Shown: piece by piece, positions 45,701 through 59,250 of the stretch
Position numbering within the stretch: position 1 is the first letter of the stretch
Layout of the letters: each line of letters starts with the position of its first letter
The notes under the pieces: model-generated
Seen by the model: only the letters and a program-made list of their open reading frames with translations
What the model was told of the DNA's origin: nothing
Databases searched by the model: none
Assembly (NCBI GenBank): GCA_964016885.1
Contig: OZ024753.1
Span: 23,374,001-23,438,000, forward strand
DNA length: 64,000 nt
Direction of reading: 5' to 3'
From: Eledone cirrhosa
Taxonomy: Eukaryota
Made by a program: the position numbers and the translations under genes

Positions 45701-48700
45701 CTTTCAATGACAATCTCAAAACCCACTCTTTCAATGACAATGTCAAAACCCACTCTTTCAATGACAATGTCAAAACCTACTCTTTCAATGACAGTCAAAA
45801 TCCACTCTTTCAATGACAACCAAAACCCACTCTTTCAATGACAGTCAAAACCCACTCTTTCAATGACAATCTCAAAACCCACTCTTTCAATGACAATGTC
45901 AAAACCCACTCCTTCAATGACAATGTCAAAACCTACTCTTTCAATGACAGTCAAAATCCACTCTTTCAATGACAACCAAAACCCACTCTTTCAATGACAG
46001 CCAAAACGCACTCTTTCAATGACAATGTCAAAACCCACTCTTTCAATGACAATGTCAAAACTCACACTTTCAATGACAGTCGAAACCCACTCTTTCAATG
46101 ACAGTTAAAACCCACTCGTTCAATGACAATGTCAAAACCCACTCTTTCAATGACAGTCAAAACCCACTCTTTCAATGACAATGTCAAAAACCACTCTTTC
46201 AATGGCAGTCAAAACCCACTCTTTCAATGAAAATGTTAAAACCCACTCTCTCAATGACAATGTCAAAACCTACTCTTTCAATGACAGTCAAAATCCACTA
46301 TTTCAATGACAGTAAAAACCCACTCTTTCAATGACGGTCAACACCCACTCTTTCAATGACAATCAAAACCCACTCTTTCAATGACAATGTCAAAACCGAC
46401 TCTTTCAATGACAGTCAAAACCTACTCTTTCAATGACAGTCAAAACCCACTCTTTCAATGACAGTCAAAAGCCACTATTTCAATGAAAATGTCAAAACCG
46501 ACTCTTTCAATGACAATGTCAAAACCCACTCTTTCAATGACAATGTCAAAACCCACTCTTTCAATGACAGTCAAAACCCATTCTTTCAATGACAATGTCA
46601 AAACCCACTCTTTCAATGACAGTCAAATCCCACTCTTTCAATGACCGTCAAAACCTACTCTTTCAATGACAGCCAAAACCCACTCTTTCAATGACAAGCC
46701 AAACCCACTCTTTCAATGACCATGTCAAAGCCTACTCTTTCAATGACAGTCAAATCCCTCTCGTTCAATGACAGTCAAAACCTACTCTTTCAATGACAGT
46801 CAAAACCCACTCTTTCAATGACAGTCAAAAGCCACTATTTCAATGAAAATGTCAAAACCCACTCTTTCAATGTCAATGTCAAAACCCACTCTTTCAATGC
46901 CAATGTCAAAAACCCACTCTTTCAATGACAGTCAAAACCCATTCTTTCAATGACAATGTCAAAACCCACTCTTTCAATGACAGTCAAAACCCACTCATTC
47001 AATGACCGTCAAAACCTACACTTTCAATGACAGCCAAAACCCACTCTTTCAATGACAAGCCAAACCCACTCTTTCAATGACCATGTCAAAGCCTACTCTT
47101 TCAATGAGAGTCAAATCCCTCTCGTTCAATGACTGTGTCAAAACCCACTCTTTCAACGACAGTCAAATCCCACTCTTTCAATGACAATTTCAAACCTACT
47201 CTCTCAATGACAATCAAAGCCCACTCTTTCAATGACAATGTCAACACCCACACTTTCAATGACAATTTCAAAACCTACACTTTCAATGACAGTATAAACA
47301 CACTTTTTCAATGACAGTCAAAACCCACTTTTTCAATGAAATTCAAGACCCACTCTTTCAATGACAGTCAAAACCCACTCTTTCAATGACAATGTCAAAA
47401 TCCACTCTTTCAATGACAATGTCAAAACTCACACTTTCAATGACAGTCGAAACCCACTCTTTCAATGACAGTTAAAACCCACTCGTTCAATGACAATGTC
47501 AAAACCCACTCTTTCAATGACAGTCAAAACCCACTCTTTCAATGACAGTAAAACCCACTCTTTCAATGTCAGCCAAAACCCACTCTTTCAATGACAATGT
47601 CAAAACCCACTCTTTCAATGACAATGTCAAAACCCACTCTTTCAATGACAATGTCAAAACCCACTCTTTCAATGATAGTCAAAACCCATTCTTTCAATGA
47701 CAATGTCAAAACCCACTCTTTCAATGACAGTCAAAACCCACTCTTTCAATGACCGTCAAAACCTACTCTTTCAATGACAGCCAAAACCCACTCATTCAAT
47801 GACAAGCCAAACCCACTCTTTCAATGACCATGTCAAAGCCTACTATTTCAATGACAGTCAAATCCCTCTCGTTCAATGACAGTCGAATCCTACTCTTTCA
47901 ATGACAGTCAAAACCCACTCTTTCAATGACAGTCAAAAGCCACTATTTCAATGAAAATGTCAAAACCCACTCTTTCAATGACAATGTCAAAGCCCACTCT
48001 TTCAATGACAATGTCAAAACCCACTCTTTCAATGACAGTTAAAACCCATTCTTTCAATGACAATGTCAAAACCCACTCTTTCAATGACCGTCAAAACCTA
48101 CGCTTTCAATGACAGCCAAAACCCACACTTTCAATGACAAGCCAAACCCACTCTTTCAATGACCATGTCAAAGCCTACTCTTTCAATGAGAGTCAAATCC
48201 CTCTCGTTCAATGACTGTGTCAAAACCCACTCTTTCAACGACAGTCAAATCCCACTCTTTCAATGACAATTTCAAACCTACTCTCTCAATGACAATCAAA
48301 GCCCACTCTTTCAATGACAATGTCAACACCCACACTTTCAATGACAATTTCAAAACCTACACTTTCAATGACAGTATAAACACACTTTTTCAATGACAGT
48401 CAAAACCCACTTTTTCAATGAAATTCAAGACCCACTCTTTCAATGACAGTCAAAACCCACTCTTTCAATGACAATGTCAAAATCCACTCTTTCAATGACA
48501 ATGTCAAAACTCACACTTTCAATCACAGTCGAAACCCACTCTTTCAATGACAGTTAAAACCCACTCGTTCAATGACAATGTCAAAACCCACTCTTTCAAT
48601 GACAGTCAAAACCCACTCTTTCAATGACAGTCAAAACCCACTCTTTCAATTCAGCCAAAACCCACTCTTTCAATGACAATGTCAAAACCCACTCTTTCAA

Positions 48701-50440
48701 TGACAATGTCAAAACCCACTCTTTCAATGATAGTCAAAACCCATTCTTTCAATGACAATGTCAAAACCCACTCTTTCAATGACAGTCAAAACCCACTCTT
48801 TCAATGACCGTCAAAACCTACTCTTTCAATGACAGCCAAAACCCACTCTTTCAATGACAAGCCAAACCCACTCTTTCAATGACCATGTCAAAGCCTACTC
48901 TTTCAATGACAGTCAAATCCCTCTCGTTCAATGACAGTGACAAAACCCACTCTTTCAACGACAGTCAAATCCCACTCTTTCAATGACAATTTCAAACCTA
49001 CTCTCGCAATGACAATCAAAGCCCTCTCTTTGAATGACAATGTCAACACCCACACTTTCAATGACAATTTCAAAACCTACACTTTCAATGACAGTATAAA
49101 CACACTTTTTCAATGACAGTCAAAACCCACTTTTTCGATGAAAGTCAAGACCCACTCTTTCAATGGCAGTCAAAACTCACTATTTCAATGACAATGTCAA
49201 AACTCACTCTTTCAATGACAGTCAAAACCCACTCTTCCAATGACAGTCAAAACCCACTCTTTCAATGACAGTTAAAACCCACTCTTTCAATGACACTCAA
49301 AACCCACTCTTTCAATGACAGCCAAAACCAACTCTTTCAATGACAATATCAAAACCCACTCTTTCAATGACAATGGCAAAGCCTACTCTTTCAATGACAG
49401 TCGAAACCACTCTTTCAATGAATGTCAAAACCCACTCGTTCAATCACAATATCAAAAGCCACTCTTTCAATGACAGTCAAAACCCACTCTTTCAATGACA
49501 ATCTCAAAACCCACTCTTTCAATGACAATGTCAAAACCCACTCTTTCAATGACAATGTCAAAACCTACTCTTTCAATGACAGTCAAAATCCACTCTTTCA
49601 ATGACAACCAAAACCCACTCTTTCAATGACAGTCAAAACCCACTCTTTCAATGACAATCTCAAAACCCACTCTTTCAATGACAATGTCAAAACCCACTCC
49701 TTCAATGACAATGTCAAAACCTACTCTTTCAATGACAGTCAAAATCCACTCTTTCAATGACAACCAAAACCCACTCTTTCAATGACAGCCAAAACGCACT
49801 CTTTCAATGACAATGTCAAAACCCACTCCTTCAATGACAATGTCAAAACCTACTCTTTCAATGACAGTCAAAATCCACTCTTTCAATGACAACCAAAACC
49901 CACTCTTTCAATGACAGTTAAAACCCACTCGTTCAATGACAATGTCAAAACCCACTCTTTCAATGACAGTCAAAACCCACTCTTTCAATGACAATGTCAA
50001 AAACCACTCTTTCAATGGCAGTCAAAACCCACTCTTTCAATGAAAATGTTAAAACCCACTCTCTCAATGACAATGTCAAAACCTACTCTTTCAATGACAG
50101 TCAAAATCCACTATTTCAATGACAGTAAAAACCCACTCTTTCAATGACGGTCAACACCCACTCTTTCAATGACAATCAAAACCCACTCTTTCAATGACAA
50201 TGTCAAAACCGACTCTTTCAATGACAGTCAAAACCTACTCTTTCAATGACAGTCAAAACCCACTCTTTCAATGACAGTCAAAAGCCACTATTTCAATGAA
50301 AATGTCAAAACCGACTCTTTCAATGACAATGTCAAAACCCACTCTTTCAATGACAATGTCAAAACCCACTCTTTCAATGACAGTCAAAACCCATTCTTTC
50401 AATGACAATGTCAAAACCCACTCTTTCAATGACAGTCAAA
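42781..50440 (+). repeat. Near-identical tandem duplication, period 3788 bp, containing an older ~1082-bp internal duplication
   Basis: Markers at 43341/47129, 44423/48211, 45143/48931 and 45634/49422. The private variants TCTCGCAATG and GACAGTGACAAAA are in both copies. Internal pair at 43341/44423. Confidence 0.9.
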
Positions 50441-53400
50441 ACCCACTCTTTCAATGACCGTCAAAACATACTCTTTCAATGACAGCCAAAACCCACTCTT
50501 TCAATGACAAGCCAAACCCACTCTTTCAATGACAATGTCAAAACCTACTCTTTCAATGACAGTCAAAACCCACTCTTTAAATGAGAGTCAAACCCAACTC
50601 TTTCAATGACAGCCAAAACCCACTCTTTCAATGACAATGTCAAAACCCACTTTTTCAATGACAATGTCAAAACCTACTCTTTCAATGACAGTCAAAACCC
50701 ACTCTTTCAATGACAGTCAAAAGCCACTATTTCAATGAAAATGTCAAAACCGACTCTTTCAATGACAATGTCAAAACCCACTCTTTCAATGACAATGTCA
50801 AAACCCACTCTTTCAATGACAATGTCAAAACCTTCTCTTTCAATGACAGTCAAAACAAACTCTTTCAATGACAGTCAAAACCCACTCTTTCAATGACCGT
50901 CAAAACATACTCTTTCAATGACAGCCAAAACCCACTCTTTCAATGACAAGCCAAACCCACTCTTTCAATGACAATGTCAAAACCTACTCTTTCAATGACA
51001 GTCAAAACCCACTCTTTAAATGAGAGTCAAACCCAACTCTTTCAATGACAGCCAAAACCCACTCTTTCAATAACAGTCAAAACCCACTCTTTCAATAACA
51101 GTCAAAACCTACTCTTTCAATGACAGCCAAATCCCACTCTTTCAATGACAATGTCAAAAGCCACTATTTCAATGAAAATGTCAATACCTACTCTTTCAAT
51201 GACAGTCAAAACCCACTCTTTCAATGAAAGTCAAAACCCACTCTTTCAATGTCAGCCAAAACCCACTCTTTCAATGACAATGTCAAAACCCACTCTTTCA
51301 ATGACAATGTCAAAACCTACTCTTTCAATGACAGTCAAAACCCACTCTTTCAATGACAGCCAAAACCCACTCTTTCACTGACAATGTCAAAACCCACTTT
51401 TTCAATGTTAATGTCAAAACCTACTCTTTCAATGACAGTCAAAACCCACTCTTCCAATGACAGTCAAAACCCACTCTTTCAATGACAGTCAAAACCCACT
51501 CTTTCAATGACACTCAAACCTCACTCTTTCAATGACAGCCAACACCAACTCTTTCAATGACGATGTCAAAACCCACTCTTTCAATGACAATATCAAAACC
51601 CACTCTTTCAATGACAATGTCAAAACTCACACTTTCAATGACAGTCGAAACCCACTCTTTCAATGACAGTTAAAACCCACTCGTTCAAAGACAATGTCAA
51701 AACCCACTCTTTCAATGACAGTCAAAACCCACTCTTTCAATGACAGTCAAAACCCACTCTGTCAATGTTAGCCAAAACCCAATCTTTCAATGACAATGTC
51801 AAAACCCACTCTTTCAATGACAATGTCAACCCTACTCTTTCAATGACAGTCGAAACCCACTCTTTCAATGACAGTTAAAACCCACTCGTTTAATGACAAT
51901 GTCAAAACCCACTCTTTCAATGACAGTCAAAACCCACTCTTTCAATGACAGTTAAAACCCACTCTTCCAATGACAGTCAAAACCCACTCTTTCAATGACA
52001 GTTAAAACCCACTCTTTCAATGACACTCAAACCCACTCTTTCAATAACAGCCAAACCCAACTCTTTCAATGACAATGTCAAAACCCACTCTTTCAATGAC
52101 GATGGCAAAGCCTACTCTTTCAATGACAGTCGAAACCACTCTTTCAATGACTGTCAAAACCCACTCGTTCAATCACAATGTCAAAAGCCACTCTTTCAAT
52201 GACAATCTCAAAACCCACTCTTTCAATGACAATGTCAAAACCCACTCTTTCAATGACAATGTCAAAACCTACTCTTTCAATGACAGTCAAAATCCACTCT
52301 TTCAATGACAACCAAAACCCACTCTTTCAACGACAGTCAAAACCCACTCTTTCAATGACACTCAAAACCCACTCTTTCAATGACAGCCAAAACGCACTCT
52401 TTCAATGACAATGTCACAACCCACTCTTTCAATGACAATGTCAAAACTCACACTTTCAATGACAGTCGAAACCCACTCTTTCAATGACAGTTAAAACCCA
52501 CTCGTTCAATGACAATGTCAAAACCCACTCTTTCAATGACAGTCAAAACCCACTATTTCAATGACAATGTCAAAAACCACTCTTTCAATGGCAGTCAAAA
52601 CCCACTCTTTCAATGAAAATGTTAAAACCCACTCTCTCAATGACAATGTCAAAACCTACTCTTTCAATGACAGTCAAAATCCACTATTTCAATGACAGTA
52701 AAAACCCACTCTTTCAATCACAGTCGAAACCACTCTTTCAATGACAATGTTAAAACCCACTATTTCAATGACAATGTCAAAACCCACCCTTTCAATGACA
52801 ATGTCAAAACCTACTCTTTCAATGACAGTCAAAATCCACTCTTTCAATGACAACCAAAACCCACTCTTTCAATGGCAGTCAAAACCCACTCTTTCAATGA
52901 AAATGTTAAAACCCACTCTCTCAATGACAATGTCAAAACCTACTCTTTCAATGACAGTCAAAACCTACTCTTTCAATGACAGTCAAAACCCACTCTTTCA
53001 ATGACAGTCAAAAGCCACTATTTCGATGAAAATGTCAAAACCGACTCTTTCAATGACAATGTCAAAACCCACTCTTTCAATGACAATGTCAAAACCCACT
53101 CTTTCAATGACAGTCAAAACCCATTCTTTCAATGACTATGTCAAAACCCACTCTTTCAATGACAGTCAAAACCCACTCTTTCAATGACCGTCAAAACCTA
53201 CTCTTTCAATGACAGCCAAAACCCACTCTTTCAATGACAAGCCAAACCCACTCTTTCAATGACAATGTCAAAGCCTACTCTTTCAATGACAGTCAAATCC
53301 CTCTCGTTCAATAACAGTGTCAAAACCCACTCTTTCAACGACAGTCAAATCCCACTCTTTCAATGACAATTTCAAACCTACTCTTTCAATGACAATCAAA

Positions 53401-56400
53401 ACCCACTCTTTCAATGACAATGTCAACACCTATACTTTCAATGACAATTTCAAAACCTACCATTTCAATAACAGTATAAACACACTTTTTCAATGACAGT
53501 CAAAACCCACTCTTTCAATGACCGTCAAAACCTACTCTTTCAATGACAGCCAAAACCCACTCTTTCAATGACAAGCCAAACCCACTCTTTCAATGACAAT
53601 GTCAAAGCCTACTCTTTCTATGACAGTCAAATCCCTCTCGTTCAATAACAGTGTCAAAACCCACTCTTTCAACGACAGTCAAATCCCACTCTTTCAATGA
53701 CAATTTCAAACCTACTCTTTCAATGACAATCAAAACCCACTCATCCAATGACAATGTCAACACCTATACTTTCAATGACAATTTCAAAACCTACCATTTC
53801 AATAACAGTATAAACACACTTTTTCAATGACAGTCAAAACCCACTTTTTCAATGACAGTCAAAACCCACTATTTCAATGACAATGTCAAAACTCACTCTT
53901 TCAATGACAGTCAAAACCCACTATTTCAATGACAATGTCAAAACTCACTCTTTCAATGACAGTCGAAACCCACTCTTTCAATGACAGTTAAAACCCACTC
54001 GTTCAATGACAATGTCAAAACCCACTCTTTCAATGACAGTCAAAACCCACTCTTTCAATGACAATGTCAAAAACCACTCTTTGAATGGCAGTCAAAACCC
54101 ACTTTTTCAATGAAAATGTTAAAACCCACTCTCTCAATGACAATGTCAAAACCTACTCTTTCAATCACAGTCGAAACCACTCTTTCAATGACAATGTTAA
54201 AACCCACTATTTCAATGACAATGTCAAAACCCACCCTTTCAATGACAATGTCAAAACCTACTCTTTCAATGACAGTCAAAATCCACTCTTTCAATGACAA
54301 CCAAAACCCACTCTTTCAATGGCAGTCAAAACCCACTATTTCGATGAAAATGTCAAAACCGACTCTTTCAATGACAATGTCAAACCCACTCTTTCAATGA
54401 CAATGTCAAAACCCACTCTTTCAATGACAGTCAAAACCCATTCTTTCAATGACTATGTCAAAACCCACTCTTTCAATGACAGTCAAAACCCACTCTTTCA
54501 ATGACCGTCAAAACCTACTCTTTCAATGACAGCCAAAACCCACTCTTTCAATGACAAGCCAAACCCACTCTTTCAATGACAATGTCAAAGCCTACTCTTT
54601 CAATGACAGTCAAATCCCTCTCGTTCAATAACAGTGTCAAAACCCACTCTTTCAACGACAGTCAAATCCCACTCTTTCAATGACAATTTCAAACCTACTC
54701 TTTCAATGACAATCAAAACCCACTCTTTCAATGACAATGTCAACACCTATACTTTCAATGACAATTTCAAAACCTACCATTTCAATAACAGTATAAACAC
54801 ACTTTTTCAATGACAGTCAAAACCCACTTTTTCAATGACAGTCAAAACCCACTTTTTCAATGACAGTCAAAACCCACTTTTTCAATGACAGTCAAAACCC
54901 ACACCTTCAATGACAGTCAAAACCCACTATTTCAATGACAATGTCAAAACTCACTCTTTCAATGACAATGTCAAAACCCACTCTTTCAATGACAATGTCA
55001 ACCCTACTCTTTCAATGACAGTCGAAACCCACTCTTTCAATGACAGTTAAAACCCACTCGTTTAATGACAATGTCAAAACCCACTCTTTCAATGACAGTC
55101 AAAACCCACTCTTTCAATGACAGTCAAAACCCACTCTTCCAATGACAGTCAAAACCCACTCTTTCAATGACAGTTAAAACCCACTCTTTCAATGACACTC
55201 AAAACCCACTCTTTCAATGACAGCCAAACCCAACTCTTTCAATGACAATGTCAAAACCCACTCTTTCAATGACGATGGCAAAGCCTACTCTTTCAATGAC
55301 AGTCGAAACCACTCTTTCAATGACTGTCAAAACCCACTCGTTCAATCACAATATCAAAAGCCACTCTTTCAATGACAATCTCAAATCCCACTCTTTCAAT
55401 GACAATATCAAAACCCACTCTTTCAATGACAATGTCAAAACCTACTCTTTCAATGACAGTCAAAATCCACTCTTTCAATGACAACCAAAACCCACTCTTT
55501 CAACGACAGTCAAAACCCACTCTTTCAATGACACTCAAAACCCACTCTTTCAATGACAGCCAAAACGCACTCTTTCAATGACAATGTCAAAACCCACTCT
55601 TTCAATGACAATGTCAAAACTCACACTTTCAATGACAGTCGAAACCCACTCTTTCAATGACAGTTAAAACCCACTCGTTCAATGACAATGTCAAAACCCA
55701 CTCTTTCAATGACAGTCAAAACCCACTCTTTCAATGACAATGTCAAAAACCACTCTTTCAATGGCAGTCAAAACCCACTCTTTCAATGAAAATGTTAAAA
55801 CCCACTCTCTCAATGACAATGTCAAAACCTACTCTTTCAATGACAGTCAAAATCCACTCTTTCAATGACAACCAAAACCCACTCTTTCAATGGCAGTCAA
55901 AACCCACTCTTTCAATGAAAATGTTAAAACCCACTCTCTCAATGACAATGTCAAAACCTACTCTTTCAATGACAGTCAAAACCTACTCTTTCAATGACAG
56001 TCAAAACCCACTCTTTCAATGACAGTCAAAAGCCACTATTTCGATGAAAATGTCAAAACCGACTCTTTCAATGACAATGTCAAAACCCACTCTTTCAATG
56101 ACAATGTCAAAACCCACTCTTTCAATGACAGTCAAAACCCATTCTTTCAATGACTATATCAAAACCCACTCTTTCAATGACAGTCAAAACCCACTCTTTC
56201 AATGACCGTCGAAACCTACTCTTTCAATGACAGCCAAAACCCACTCTTTCAATGACAAGCCAAACCCACTCTTTCAATGACAATGTCAAAACCTACTCTT
56301 TCAATGACAGTCAAAACCCACTATTTCAATGACAATGTCAAAAGCCACTATTTCAATGAAAATGTCAAAACCGACTCTTTAAATGACAATGTCAAAACCC

Positions 56401-56939
56401 ACTCTTTCAATGACAATGTCAAAACCCACTCTTTCAATGACAGTCAAAACAAACTCTTTCAATGACAGTCAAACCCCACTCTTTCAATAACAGTCAAAAC
56501 CCACTCTTTCAATAACAGTCAAAACCTACTCTTTCAATGACAGCCAAATCCCACTCTTTCAATGACAATGTCAAAATCCACTCTTTCAATGACAATGTCA
56601 AAACCAACTCTTTCAATGACAATCAAAAGCCACTATTTCAATGACAGTCAAAACCCACTCTTTCAATGACAGTCAGAACCCACTCTTTCAATGACAATGT
56701 TAAAACCCACTCTTTCAATGACAATGTCAAATCGTATCTTTTCAATGACAATGTCAAACCGACTCTTTCAATGACAATGTCATAACCCACTCATTCAATG
56801 ACAATGTCAAAACCCACTATTTCAATGACAGTCAAAATCCTCTATTTCAATGACAATGACAAAACCCACTCTTTCAATGACAGTCAAAACCCACTCTTTC
56901 AATGACAATGTCAAAACCCACTCTTTCAATGACAATGTC

Positions 56940-59250
56940 ACAACCTACTCTTTCAATGACAGTCAAAACCCACTCTTTCAATGACAGCCAAAACCCACTC
57001 TTGCACTGACAATGTCAAAACCCACTCTTTCAATGTCAATGTCAAAACCTACTCTTTCAATGACAGTCAAATACCACTCTTCCAATGACAGTCAAAACCC
57101 ACTCTTTCAATGACAGTCAAAACCCACTCTTTCAATGACACTCAAAACCCACTCTTTCAATGACAATGTCAAAACCCACTCTTTAAATGACAATGTCAAA
57201 GCCTACTCTTTCAATAACAGTCGAAACCCATTCTTTCAATGACTGTCAAAACCCACTCGTTCAATGACAATGTCAAAACCCACTCTTTCAATGACAGTCA
57301 AAACCCACTCTTTCAATGACAATGTCAAAACCGACTCTTTCAATGACAATGTCAAAACCCACTCTTTCAATGACAATGTCAAAACCTACTCTTTCAATGA
57401 CAGTCAAAATCCACTCTTTCAATGACAACCAAAACTCACTCTTTCAATGACAGTCAAAACCCACTCTTTCAATGACACTCAAAACCCACTCTTTGAATGA
57501 CAGCCAAAACCCACTCTTTCAATGACAATGTCAAAACCCACTCTTTCAATGACAATGTCAAAACTCACTCTTTCAATGACAGTCGAAACCCACTCTTTCA
57601 ATGACAGTCAAAACCCACTCGTTCAATGACAATGTCAAAACCCACTCTTTCAATGACAGTCAAAACCCACTCTTTCAATGACAATGTCAAAACGCACTCT
57701 TTCAATGACAATGTCAGAACCCACTCTTTCAATGACAATGTCAAAACCTTCTCTTTCAATGACAGTCAAAACCCACTCTTTCAATGACAATGTCAAAACC
57801 CACTCTTTCAATGACAATGTCAAAACTCACTCTTTCAATGACAGTCGAAACCCACTCTTTCAATGACAGTCAAAACCCACTCGTTTAATGACAATGTCAA
57901 AACCCACTCTTTCAATGACAGTCAAAACCCACTCTTTCAATGACAATGTCAAAACCCACTCTTTCAATGACAATGTCAAAACCCACTCTTTCAATGACAG
58001 TCAAAACCCACTCTTTCAATGACAGTCAAAACCAACTCTTTCAATGACAGTCAAAACTCACTCTTTCAATGAAAGCCAAAACCCACTCTTTCAATGACAA
58101 TATCAAAACCTACTCTTTCAATGACAGTCAAAACCCACTCTTTCAATGACAGCCAAAACCCACTCTTTCACTGACAATGTCAAAACCCACTCTTTCAATG
58201 TCAATGTCAAAACCTACTCTTTCAATGCCAGTCAAATACCACTCTTCCAATGACAATCAAAACCCACTCTTTCAATGACAGTCAAAACCCACTCTTTCAA
58301 TGACACTCAAAACCCACTCTTTCAATGACAGCCAAAACCAACTCTTTCAATGACAATGTCAAAACCCACTCTTTAAATGACAATGTCAAAGCCTACTCTT
58401 TCAATCACAGTCGAAACCCACTCTTTCAATGACTGTCAAAACCCACTCGTTCAATGACAATGTCAAAACCCACTCTTTCAATGACAGTCAAAACCCACTC
58501 TTTCAATGACAATGTCAAAACCCACTCTTTCACTGACAATGTCAAAACCTACTCTTTCAATGACAGTCAAAATCCACTCTTTCAATGACAACCAAAACTC
58601 ACTCTTTCAATGACAGTCAAAACCCACTCTTTCAATGACACTCAAAACCCACTCTTTCAATGACAGCGAAAACCCACTCTTTCAATGACAATGTCAAAAC
58701 CCACTCTTTCAATGACAGTCAAAACCCACTCGTTCAATGACAATGTCAAAACCCACTCTTTCAAGGACAGTCAAAACCCACTCTTTCAATGACAATGTCA
58801 AAACCCACTCTTTCAATGTCAATGTCAGAACCCACTCTTTCAATGACAATGTCAAAACCTTCTCTTTCAATGACAGTCAAAACCCACTCTTTCAATGACA
58901 ATGTCAAAACCCACTCTTTCAATGACAATGTCAAAACTCACTCTTTCAATGACAGTCGAAACCCAGTCTTTCAATGACAGTCAAAACCCTCTCGTTCAAT
59001 GACAATGTCAAAACCCACTCTTTCAATGACAGTCAAAACCCACTCTTTCAATGACAATGTCAAAACCCACTCTTTCAATGACAATGTCAAAACCCACTCT
59101 TTCAATGACAATGTCAAAACCCACTCTTTCAATGACAGTCAAATCCCACTCTTTCAATGACAGTCAAAACACACTCTTTCAATGACAGTCAAAACTCACT
59201 CTTTCAATGAAAGCTAAAACCCACTCTTTCAATGACAATATCAAAACCTA
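56940..59250 (+). repeat. Diverged duplication (~1.1-1.2 kb offset) in the terminal part of the array
   Basis: Markers at 57678/58789. The shared variant GTCAAATACCACTCTTCC occurs at ~57,066 and ~58,231. The copies differ more than those of the internal duplications. Confidence 0.65.
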
